DNA of 64,000 bases, taken from Staphylococcus phage vB_SauM-UFV_DC4. Below, in pieces: positions 1 to 8,961 of the stretch. Under the pieces are notes generated by a model that saw only the letters and a program-made list of their open reading frames with translations, did not search any database and was not told the DNA's origin. The position numbers and the translations under genes are program-made. Position 1 is the first letter of the stretch. Each line of letters starts with the position of its first letter. The DNA lies in the sequence record MZ779063.1. One strand, written 5' to 3'.

Positions 1-2683
1 ATAAGAATCTGAATACTCTTTATAAGCATTTGCCATCATTTTATACAATAATGCGTTAATTTGCTCTGGTCCACGTACACGATAAATTCCCATATCATTA
101 TGATCTCTAGCTGAAACGTCTTCTAACATTGTATTAGCTAATAGTAATAATTCAACCATATTATCAGGAAGTTTTAAATCTCTTAATACTTCTTTAGTAA
201 TAGGATCCATTGCTAAATCCATAGTATTTTTAATACCTTTACCAACATTACGACTGTAGAATTTATCATTGAAATATTCTAAGTAAGGTGTTTCAGTTTC
301 AAAATCACTGAAATTGTATTGTGAAGTAGGTAATACAGTTAATCCAGACATTAATAAATCAAATCTTAATTTATCAGTAGAGTATATTAAATAACCGTCT
401 TGGAATTTAATCTTATTCTTTTTATCATGAATGCTAATTCTTTCATTCTCAGTAGTAAATTTATAATCAACTTCATAAAGATCAAGAATATTAGTTAAAC
501 CTTTATAGAAACCTAATAATAGAATTGTAGGTACTAATTTATTAGTAATTTTAACACGTGAAAATGCCATCGTCTTATTAGATTGAATATTCTTACTGAA
601 TTTCTTATCAACGACTCCAAAGTCAACTTCATTGTCTAGTTTATCAATAATGTAATCAAATATATTTACTTCCATAGATTTAATATTAGATTTACTACAT
701 TCATACATAACAGATTCTGTTTTGTCTGCTAATATTAATTTAGATTTATTAATATTATAACCAATAGGGAAATATTTATCTTGATCATAATCAATCTTAG
801 ATAAACTAGCGCTATCGGAAATCATTCCTAATAAACTTCTTTGGTTGAATTCAAGTACATTAGTACCATCTTGGAAATTTAATATATTTCTAGATAAACT
901 ATTATAAATAACTGAAGTTACGTATTTATTATTAATTAAAGAAGCATTACCTTTTTTAACAGATAGGTTAGATTTATTTTCAATATAATCTATAACTTGG
1001 TCATCTTCAATAACTTTCTTAATCCATTCAGTTTCAGCATTTTCTTTATAACCGAATTTTTCTATAATGAATTTATTATAGTTAGTTGTAATCCAAACAG
1101 TATCAGGTTTATATTTAACGATTGGCCACATCATTAACTGTTTAGTTAATACTTTTTTACCGCCATTAAGTTTCATATATTTACCGTCAATAACTTTAGG
1201 AACATCAAATTTAACATTATGAGTTAAACCATCTGGACTTCTAAATTGGACTTTAACTGTATTTTTTAATGACTGACTATCTGAATTATCTTCAATATTC
1301 ATTTTATTAATAAATACTGGAATATCTTCATTGTCATTAAAGCTTTTCATTATATCAATAAAGTCTTTATTAAATGTTTTTTGCATATAAGAAATATCAA
1401 AATCATTAGAAGCAATATTGTTAATAGTCTCTTCATTGATATTATTAATATTTTCATTAATTTCTCTATCGATTAATTTATCTTCAGAAAAACTAAAATC
1501 TTCTAAATCATTAAGGTATTCATCTTGTTTCTTAGATAAAGCTAATATCTTTTTAGTATTTTTAAGAGCTTCATCACCAATGCTAGATTTATTTTTAATA
1601 TTTCTTTTAATTGATTTAAATGAATCATTCTTGTCTAATACATCTGAATATAAAGTTTCTGTATCAATGTCAATTAAATCTTTATTATCATTTAATTCTT
1701 TTTCAATTATCATAGCTATATTATATTCATCATCAACATCCATTTCAGTATTGTCTAATGATCTAATATAACTTATTGTAGAATCTATTTTATTAGATAT
1801 TTTTTCTAACTGTTCATCATTTTCATATTCAACTTCATCATTCTGAGCTTCGATAGGATCAATTGTTCCTACATTATCAAATGCTTTCTTTTTAATTACT
1901 CCATCTACAGCTTCAGTATTATCATCATCTTCAACTTTACTAATTTCATCAGTATCCAATGCTTGTGTATTAGTGTCAATGATTCTTCTTAATCTTTGTC
2001 TAAGTCTCATATTAAGTTTATTATAATCTTTGTAATCAAATTTAAACATTATTCCATTATCTAGAGAGACAAATAATAAATTAACATTTTGATTTTCACC
2101 ATGAGGTAATTCCTCTTGATTCTTAATCATCATGAATAAGCTTGACATGAAATCTTTTGTATTAGGTCTAATAGCTTGTTGAGAAGGTTTATTATACCCA
2201 TCAACATTAATCACATAAAGTAAATTATTGTAATCTTCTGTATTATTTAAAGAGTTAAAAGTTGATTTAATTGAATTTAATACTGTATTAAAGTTTTTAG
2301 TCATTAATGATTTATCTTCTAAATCAATAAATTTAGTTGAATCAACAATATAGTTTCTACCTTTAAATAATTTCTCATTTCTTTCAACTCTATACTGTTT
2401 ATAAGATTTAGATTTAATTTCTTTTTGATAATCTGTTATATTCGTTAATAATCTAGTTCTTCTATTTTGAGTTCTATACAATCTTGGTGTATAGATATTC
2501 TTGAAATTCTGATGATATAATAATCCACTATTTAAGAAATCAGTAAATGAATTTTCTTTAAAACCTTTATAAATAACTAACTGGTCTTTTTTCTTATCTT
2601 TGATTTCTTCATCAATAGCTTTAATTTTATATCCAGATATTGAATAGAATTTAAGATTTTTTAATCTATTAAGATATTTCAAT
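1..2683 (-). CDS. RNA polymerase beta-subunit-like protein, N-terminal part (gene continues beyond window start; 3' end truncated)
   Basis: Own minus-strand translation gives one open frame across 1-2683. It contains GKYMKLNGGKKVLTKQLMMWPIV...YNKFIIEKFG, matching bacterial beta [24 protein letters not shown]...YNARIIPYRGSWL. Only a TTG (2681-2683) follows the upstream stop; AAGGA lies upstream. Not in the ORF track because partial. Confidence 0.5.
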
Positions 2684-3142
2684 TATGCCATTCCTTTCCG
2701 TATTTAATTTTATTGATTAATATATTTATATTACTTTTATTTTATAATATTATTCAATAAATTTCCTATATACAATAGTTTTGATTACTATCATTATGTA
2801 TTTTAATTGGATTTATAAAAATAAAATAACGAACTATGTGAGTTATTTTTAAATACATTTTTATGAAATAAAAATGTGTACTATCCCCTCATAATATTTT
2901 AATTTATATAAATATACTATAAGAATAGTATATTTATTATTATAATATTTTATTATAATATAATTATAATATTCCGGACACTTTCAAATTTTTTATCACA
3001 TAATGGTACAAATTTATAATTTTTTAAATAATTAATATAAAAATATTTATTAACTTCATGCATATTGTTTAATTATATAAAAATTATAAAATACTCAGTA
3101 ACATCTAAATATCAATAAAATAATGAAAGAAGTGAAAATAAA

Positions 3143-4369
3143 TTGGCTAATATGAATTATGAAAATAAAACACTTAATGAAAAAGAAGTATCGACATTAT
3201 TAAGTGTTGGTAAAGATGACATTACATTAGACAAGTTAAAAGAATTATTTGCTTTTAGACAAAATACAGAACCAATGTATAATCCAACGGATAAATTTAC
3301 ATTAAAGAAAGATTTAGTCTATAATAAAAAAGATGAAAAAACTACTGTAGGTAGATATATATTTAATAAATTTATTTTAGATAATAAAATTGGACCGATT
3401 ATAGGCTATATGAATCGTGATATGGGCGGTTCTGGAGTAGGTAAACTTCAATCTGATTTATCAAATTTATTACTTAATGATATTATTACTACACAAGAAA
3501 TGTCAAATTATATCGATAAATTACAATGGTTAGGTTTCTCTATAGCCAGTTTTATTAATTCTAGTCTAACTACTACAATGATGACTGCTACTGAAAAAGT
3601 TAAACAGAAAAAAGAAGAGTTATTAGTTAAATATGAAAAAGCATTGAATACTCCTGGAGAGGAATTAAATGCAATATCAGTTATTGAAAAAGAATTAATT
3701 AATTTAAGTAAAGAAGAATTAAAAGGATTGGCTGATTTAGATATTTATGATAGTGGCTCACGTGGTTCATTCGGTAATAACTATAAATTAACTGCATTAA
3801 TTCGTGGAGCAAATAAAAACTTTGCTGATCCAAGTAAAATTAGAATTGCTAAAAGCTCACTAGCTGAAGGAATTGATCCTAATGAACTTTATATGTTTGG
3901 AGATATTATGACTGCAGGTTCAGCTGGACGTGCACTAGGTACTCAAGAAGGAGGGTATCAGGCTAAGCAGCTGATGTCGGCTTTCCAAACGACTGTTTTA
4001 GATAAAAAAGGTTCTGACTGTAGAACAAATCATTTCCTTAAATTAATATTAGATAAATCAAACGCATCATTAATGATGTATAGATATTTTAAAGATAATA
4101 ACGCAAGATCAGGTCAATTAGTTTTATTAACTCCTGAAAATGTAGATGATTACATGGGTAGAGTTTTAGAATTTAGAAGTCCTATGTATTGTGCAAGTGA
4201 AGATATTTGTAGTAAATGTGCAGGAGAATTACCATATAAATTAGGAATTGAAAATATTGGTCTATTAGTTAACCAAGTTGCTCAAGCAATCGTAACAAGT
4301 TCAATGAAATCTTTCCATGATATGACGATTAAACAAAATGAAATAGATATAGAAAGTTATATAGAATAA
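3143..4369 (+). CDS. RNA polymerase beta-prime-like subunit, C-terminal fragment (bridge-helix / trigger-loop region), split-subunit type
   Basis: [22 protein letters not shown] matches beta-prime [48 protein letters not shown] matches the bridge helix [28 protein letters not shown]. A Cys cluster [12 protein letters not shown] follows. Terminator hairpin at 4377-4417. Confidence 0.65.
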   Translation: [408 protein letters not shown]

Positions 4370-4376
4370 CATAGAT

Positions 4377-4417
4377 AGGATAACAATCATTAAATTGATT
4401 GTTATCCTTATTTTATT
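4377..4417 (+). terminator. rho-independent terminator
   Basis: Hairpin AGGATAACAATCAT-TAAAT-TGATTGTTATCCT followed by TATTTTATT. Confidence 0.7.
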
Positions 4418-4432
4418 GGATTAAATCATTCT

Positions 4433-4456
4433 TTAAATTTATATTATAATTATGAG
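4433..4456 (+). promoter_or_regulatory. conserved phage promoter-like motif TTTAAAT-N-TATATTATAA-NN-ATGA (copy 1)
   Basis: Near-identical 24-nt motif recurs upstream of 4 plus-strand genes and once upstream of the RT repeat array. Confidence 0.5.
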
Positions 4457-4525
4457 GTGAATGATGTGTATTAATGTGATATACTTATAATTATAAAAAT
4501 AAATTTAATGGAGATGAAATGGATA

Positions 4526-6601
4526 ATGTTAGGTAAAGAAATAATGAGAAGATCTGAAATAATTTACGATGATACAGATATAAAAACTGTTTTAAATTTA
4601 GATCCGGATAAAGATTACATAAATGAAGAAGAGGATATCGAATATATCTGTCCTAAACATGGTAAACAAAAAAGAAAAATAAAACAACATTTAGAAAAGA
4701 AAGGTTGTTTCGAGTGTCAATACGATAATAAGTCTAAAAAGACTAAAGGTAAAGATTTATTAGAAGAGTTTTACAAAAGATTTGGAGAAGATGTTTTTGA
4801 TTATCCAGATATAGAAGAAGATCGTGTATATTCATCTAGAGAAGAAATAAAGATAGTTTGTTTTAAACATGGAGAATTCACTAGACAAATTAGAGAACAT
4901 AATACAAAAGCTAAAATATGTGATAAATGTAAATTAGAGGATGGAGGAAAAGATTTTAAAAAGAAACAATTTGAAGAAAGATTGAGAAATGAAAATTATG
5001 AAATGTATAAGATTACCGATTTTTCTGAGACTGTATTTGAAGGGTTAACTAATTTTATGTATGTTAGATGTAAAAAACATGATACGATTAACAAAATACA
5101 ACCTAGATCATTACTAAGTAAGAATAGTAATGGGTGTTCAAAATGTAGAAGTGAAAAACTATTAAAAAGTAGAAGATCTAATAACAAGGTATATAACGTG
5201 GAAGATATTTTTAACATATATAAACAAAAAGGAAATCTTTTAAATACTGCGACTAAATATCTTGAAAATTTAAATCTCGAACAAAGAAAAGAGTTATTCT
5301 TAATGATATCCAAACATAATTTTGGAAATAAGTATGACTATTCTTTAATAGAAAAAGAAAAAAATAATTTTAAATCTAGAGATAAAGTAACACTAATATG
5401 TAAAGAACATAATGTCGAATTTAAACAAAATATATCACACCACTATAAAGGTAGGTTAGGTTGTGATAAATGTAAAAAGGATAATGTGTCTAAAAGTATA
5501 TCTGACTCATACAGATTTTCTAAAAGAACAGATATAAAACCTGAAGAATTAATAAAAGAAGTAGATAATGAAAATTTCAAAGATAATGAGATAAGAAAAA
5601 TAGTGAGATTAATGAATTTTGAAGATAAAGGAAAATATTACAGATTATTAGGGAAAAAGATTAAGGGAGATAAATATAACTATGATAAATTAGTGTATAA
5701 CGGTGATAGTGTTCAGGTAACTATAACATGTAAAAAACATGGAGATTTTAAACAGGTAATATACGATCACTTTTTCCAAGATCATAATTGTAATAAATGT
5801 TCAAAGATCGTATCCAAACAAGAACTTAAATTAAGTAATGATTTGGAAAAATATTTTACAGTTAAAAATTCTTTAAGAAGAATATTTGAGGATAAAAGAA
5901 AAGAAATTGATATATTTATCAAAGATATTAATTTAGGTATAGAGATAAATGGTCTAAGATGGCATTCAAATGATATAAAAAAGGAGGATGAAAATAATTT
6001 TGCAAGATACCATCAATTTAGTAAAATGAATGAATCTGAATGTTTAGGTATAAAATTATTAAACTTCTATGACGATGAAATAAATATAAAGAAAAATGAA
6101 ATTTCTTATTCTAAAATAATGAAAGAAATTTTATTATTTAATAATTCCTTTAATATTAAAAATATAGATTTAAAAGATTTAGAGATGAAAAAGATATCTT
6201 ATAATTTCATAAAGAAATTTTATAAGAAACATTCACTAGAATTCTTTAATGAAGAAGATAAAAATTATAGAGGAATATTCTATAAAGGTTATATAGTTTC
6301 CGTATTCTCATTTAATAATAAGAACGAATGTCATAACTATAGCACGAATTACAATTTAAATGAAGATATTGATTTAATATTAGATGCTTACCCTAATACC
6401 ATTTTTAATCTTAGATCAGATTCTTATAATAGATATAAATTTCAAGATTATGGGTTCATTACAATAAATAAAACTCTACCGCAATATAGAAATTTCAATA
6501 AAAAAGGTTTAACTAAAAATAGATATAAAAGATTAGAAAAGAGAGATAATAATAATCCTAATAGAATTTATGATTGTGGTAGAACTATCATGATTTACTA
6601 A
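4526..6601 (+). CDS. zinc-ribbon-repeat + DUF559/Vsr-like endonuclease-fold protein (putative freestanding homing endonuclease), paralog 1
   Basis: Five repeats of Cx(K/E)HGxFx(8-12)GCxxC, then DIFIKDINLGIEINGLRWHSN...GIKLLNFYDDEI (DUF559 pattern hDF..laIEvdG..H...G..vlRf). C-terminal NRIYDCG shared with paralogs. Track ORF starts at 4508 (MEMKWIM), but the paralog at 6912 aligns from MLGK, so the start is probably ATG 4526. Confidence 0.7.
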   Translation: MLGKEIMRRSEIIYDDTDIKTVLNLDPDKDYINEEEDIEYICPKHGKQKRKIKQHLEKKGCFECQYDNKSKKTKGKDLLEEFYKRFGEDVFDYPDIEEDRVYSSREEIKIVCFKHGEFTRQIREHNTKAKICDKCKLEDGGKDFKKKQFEERLRNENYEMYKITDFSETVFEGLTNFMYVRCKKHDTINKIQPRSLLSKNSNGCSKCRSEKLLKSRRSNNKVYNVEDIFNIYKQKGNLLNTATKYLENLNLEQRKELFLMISKHNFGNKYDYSLIEKEKNNFKSRDKVTLICKEHNVEFKQNISHHYKGRLGCDKCKKDNVSKSISDSYRFSKRTDIKPEELIKEVDNENFKDNEIRKIVRLMNFEDKGKYYRLLGKKIKGDKYNYDKLVYNGDSVQVTITCKKHGDFKQVIYDHFFQDHNCNKCSKIVSKQELKLSNDLEKYFTVKNSLRRIFEDKRKEIDIFIKDINLGIEINGLRWHSNDIKKEDENNFARYHQFSKMNESECLGIKLLNFYDDEINIKKNEISYSKIMKEILLFNNSFNIKNIDLKDLEMKKISYNFIKKFYKKHSLEFFNEEDKNYRGIFYKGYIVSVFSFNNKNECHNYSTNYNLNEDIDLILDAYPNTIFNLRSDSYNRYKFQDYGFITINKTLPQYRNFNKKGLTKNRYKRLEKRDNNNPNRIYDCGRTIMIY

Positions 6602-6605
6602 TATA

Positions 6606-6652
6606 ATACAGTGACATTAATTTGTCACTGTATTATAATTATTTTTTTTTAT
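6606..6652 (+). terminator. rho-independent terminator
   Basis: Hairpin ATACAGTGACA-TTAATTT-GTCACTGTAT followed by TATAATTATTTTTTTTT. Confidence 0.75.
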
Positions 6653-6850
6653 TTAGGATTTATAAATAACTATTTTAATATAGTAATAGATATATTTCTA
6701 TTTACTATATTCGTAAATTCTTTTTCTTACTCAATCTCGTAATTTGTTTTGCGTCAAGCAGGTTACATGGGCCTCCTACCCGTATAATATTGTACTACAC
6801 CTAAGTGGATCATAGAAAATGGTCCACTTTATTTATCGTTTTCAATTAAT

Positions 6851-6875
6851 TTTTAAAATTATATTATAAATATGA
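6851..6875 (+). promoter_or_regulatory. conserved phage promoter-like motif (copy 2)
   Basis: TTTTAAAATTATATTATAAATATGA, 37 nt upstream of ATG 6912. Confidence 0.5.
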
Positions 6876-6911
6876 ATATTTAAGTTATTATAAATTAATT
6901 GAGGTGATAAA

Positions 6912-8363
6912 ATGTTGGGTAAAAAATTATTAACTGTTTTTGGAGAGATCTATGATGAAGGATTATTCACATATCCTAACTTAGATTTAAATAAAAATTA
7001 TACAACTAAAGAATATATAGATATAAAATGTTATAAACATGGAATTTTCTCTAGAACTATAAATTCTCATAAAAAGAAAAGAAAATGCAGAAAATGTTCT
7101 AATGAAGAAAATAAATGGGATAACAATAAATATCTATCTGAATTATTTAAGAAAAATAAAGAATTTAAAGATTTATATAAATATGATAAGTTAAATTATC
7201 AAGGCTATCATAAAAAAATAAAAATATATTGCAATAAGCATGGATATTTTGAACAGATAGCAAATAACCATTTAAATGGAATGGGATGTAATGAATGCAG
7301 TATAGATAAACATAGAAATAAAAAATCAAATAAGAAAAAATATACTGTAGATGAATTATTAAATGATGAGAACTTGAATACTCAACAAAAATCAAATATT
7401 GTTAGATGTCATTTTAATAATAAAGATAAAAATGAGTACTATATAAAAAAATCTAAGATGGTTCATGGTAATAAATATATTTACGATAAGTTCAATTACA
7501 TTAATAAAAAGAATAAAGTAAAAATATATTGCCATAAGCATGGATATTTTGAACAAAGAATAGAAGAACATATTAATAAGAAAATGGGTTGTCCTTCTTG
7601 TGGAATGATTGTTTCTAAAAATGAAGAAATGTTAAATAATGATTTAAAGCATTTTAATTTCAATATTATTAGAAATGATAGAAAGATTTTAGATAAAAAA
7701 GAAATCGATATACTTATTCCAGAAGAGAAAATTGCAATAGAAATTAATGGTAATTATTGGCATTCAAATTTGGTTATGGATGAATTAAAAGCTAAAAGAC
7801 ATTTATATAAAAAATTTAAAATGTCTAAGGTTAAAGATTATCATTTAATAAATTTTTATGAAGATGACTTCATTTATAAATATAATTTAATTTTAAAAGA
7901 AATATTTTTACTAACAGATAAACTAAAATTATATAATTTTAAAAAAGATTATTTAAAGATTGAATCTTTAGATAATCAAAAATTTATAGATTTTTATAAT
8001 AATAATTCTTTATATAATATTAATAATAATTATAGATCAGCTTATGCTATAAAATATAAAGAATTTATAATAGGTGCATTTTCTTTAAATGAAGATAATG
8101 TATGTTATAATTATTGTATTAATTATAATAATAATGAAGATTTAAGTTTAATTAAAGAATTATTTCCTAATATAGTATTTAAAGTAAAGATTGACTCTTT
8201 TAATAGTTATAAATTTTTAAATAATGAATTACTAATTATAAATTATGAAAGTCCTAAATTTTATAATTTTCAATTAACTGGAAAAGACAGATTAAAAAGA
8301 AAAATTATAAATAATAGTGATAACAGAATATATGATTGTGGAAGTTATAGTTTTATATTTTAA
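6912..8363 (+). CDS. zinc-ribbon-repeat + DUF559/Vsr-like endonuclease-fold protein, paralog 2
   Basis: CYKHG..C.KC repeats; DILIPEEKIAIEINGNYWHSN...YHLINFYEDDF; C-terminal NRIYDCGSYSFIF. SD GAGGTGA. Confidence 0.7.
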   Translation: MLGKKLLTVFGEIYDEGLFTYPNLDLNKNYTTKEYIDIKCYKHGIFSRTINSHKKKRKCRKCSNEENKWDNNKYLSELFKKNKEFKDLYKYDKLNYQGYHKKIKIYCNKHGYFEQIANNHLNGMGCNECSIDKHRNKKSNKKKYTVDELLNDENLNTQQKSNIVRCHFNNKDKNEYYIKKSKMVHGNKYIYDKFNYINKKNKVKIYCHKHGYFEQRIEEHINKKMGCPSCGMIVSKNEEMLNNDLKHFNFNIIRNDRKILDKKEIDILIPEEKIAIEINGNYWHSNLVMDELKAKRHLYKKFKMSKVKDYHLINFYEDDFIYKYNLILKEIFLLTDKLKLYNFKKDYLKIESLDNQKFIDFYNNNSLYNINNNYRSAYAIKYKEFIIGAFSLNEDNVCYNYCINYNNNEDLSLIKELFPNIVFKVKIDSFNSYKFLNNELLIINYESPKFYNFQLTGKDRLKRKIINNSDNRIYDCGSYSFIF

Positions 8364-8365
8364 AT

Positions 8366-8396
8366 AGAAGGATAGTATCCTTCTATTTTTTTTTTA
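8366..8396 (+). terminator. rho-independent terminator
   Basis: AGAAGGATA-GT-ATCCTTCT followed by ATTTTTTTTTT. Confidence 0.75.
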
Positions 8397-8404
8397 TTTA
8401 TTAT

Positions 8405-8475
8405 GTTCTTGTTGCTACTGGTTAAAGCATATCGAGTAAATCGGTATTTTGTGAGTTCGACTCTCACCAAGAACA
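8405..8475 (+). tRNA. tRNA-like gene (anticodon uncertain; CCA not encoded)
   Basis: 7-bp acceptor stem GTTCTTG/CAAGAAC; T8; D-loop with GG; T-arm GTGAG-TTCGACT-CTCAC with consensus T-loop; discriminator A. Best anticodon arm TATCG-AGTAAAT-CGGTA gives anticodon TAA but G at position 33, so possibly a pseudo- or atypical tRNA. Confidence 0.5.
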
Positions 8476-8845
8476 CGCCAATAGGATTAATCATCCTTAC
8501 ACTAAGGCTGCAGACTTAGTGTGAATAAAATACAGTATGAGCTATATGCCACTCTTATACTGTTAGATTCAACTAATGCTAAGGCATATCATTAGTTGTA
8601 AAAATTTAAAACTTATATCTAATTTACGTTTAGTTATTAGATTGTATTTTTGTTAAAGAGGACTTATTTTACTTAATTGTAATAAGTATCTGACTTTAAC
8701 TTAATTGGTTTTCTAGTTTTGACCCTAACAATAAAAAACTAGACTATTAAATATTTTATTTCTTTTTAGCTCACAACTTAAAAGAAAAAACTAGGTGGAT
8801 CATTTTATGCTTTTTTGATCGGCTAAAAACTAATAAAGCACCCTT

Positions 8846-8884
8846 ACCCTAACCTCATTAATTTGAAGGTTAGGGTTATTTTAT
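8846..8884 (+). terminator. rho-independent terminator (CCCTAACC/GGTTAGGG hairpin family)
   Basis: ACCCTAACCT-CATTAATTTGA-AGGTTAGGGT followed by TATTTTA. Confidence 0.6.
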
Positions 8885-8891
8885 ACATAGT

Positions 8892-8915
8892 TTTAAATAT
8901 ATATTATAAAAATGA
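8892..8915 (+). promoter_or_regulatory. conserved phage promoter-like motif (copy 3)
   Basis: TTTAAATATATATTATAAAAATGA upstream of 8962. Confidence 0.5.
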
Positions 8916-8961
8916 GATATAATTGTCTCAAATACTTTTATAATATGGAGATGAAAAAGAT

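Noticed and set aside
1418-1771. 117-aa plus-strand ORF from the track
   Set aside because: Lies entirely inside and antisense to the long minus-strand RNAP beta-like reading frame; low-complexity Leu/Ser/Ile composition typical of antisense AT-rich artefacts.
4508-4525. MEMKWIM / MKWIM as genuine N-termini of the 4508 endonuclease, the RT and the 42673..43161 protein
   Set aside because: For the endonuclease, paralog alignment supports the downstream ATG (MLGK). The shared residues derive from a shared 19-nt leader rather than from protein homology; for the RT and the 162-aa ORF the true start is left open (an ATG abutting the SD is sterically unlikely).
4996-5313. Small antisense or overlapping ORFs listed in the track (4996-5313-, 7165-7395-, 9045-9269-, 9397-9579-, 9942-10127-, 11479-11673+, 17941-18144+, 18975-19193+, 20352-20582-, 23780-24094-, 25417-25614+, 30167-30478+, 32177-32452+, 33535-33759+, 38438-38644-, 41090-41299+, 42551-42883+, 42994-43221+, 51679-51957-, 53383-53595-, 55925-56245-, 56103-56288-, 57618-57851-, 59439-59681-)
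   Set aside because: Each is embedded in a much longer ORF on the other strand or frame, lacks an SD, and has the F/L/I/S-rich composition expected from reading AT-rich coding DNA antisense.
6602-6911. Second tRNA in the 6602-6911 intergenic region
   Set aside because: No GTTC(G/A)A T-loop, no acceptor-stem complementarity; only a GC-rich island and a terminator hairpin were found.
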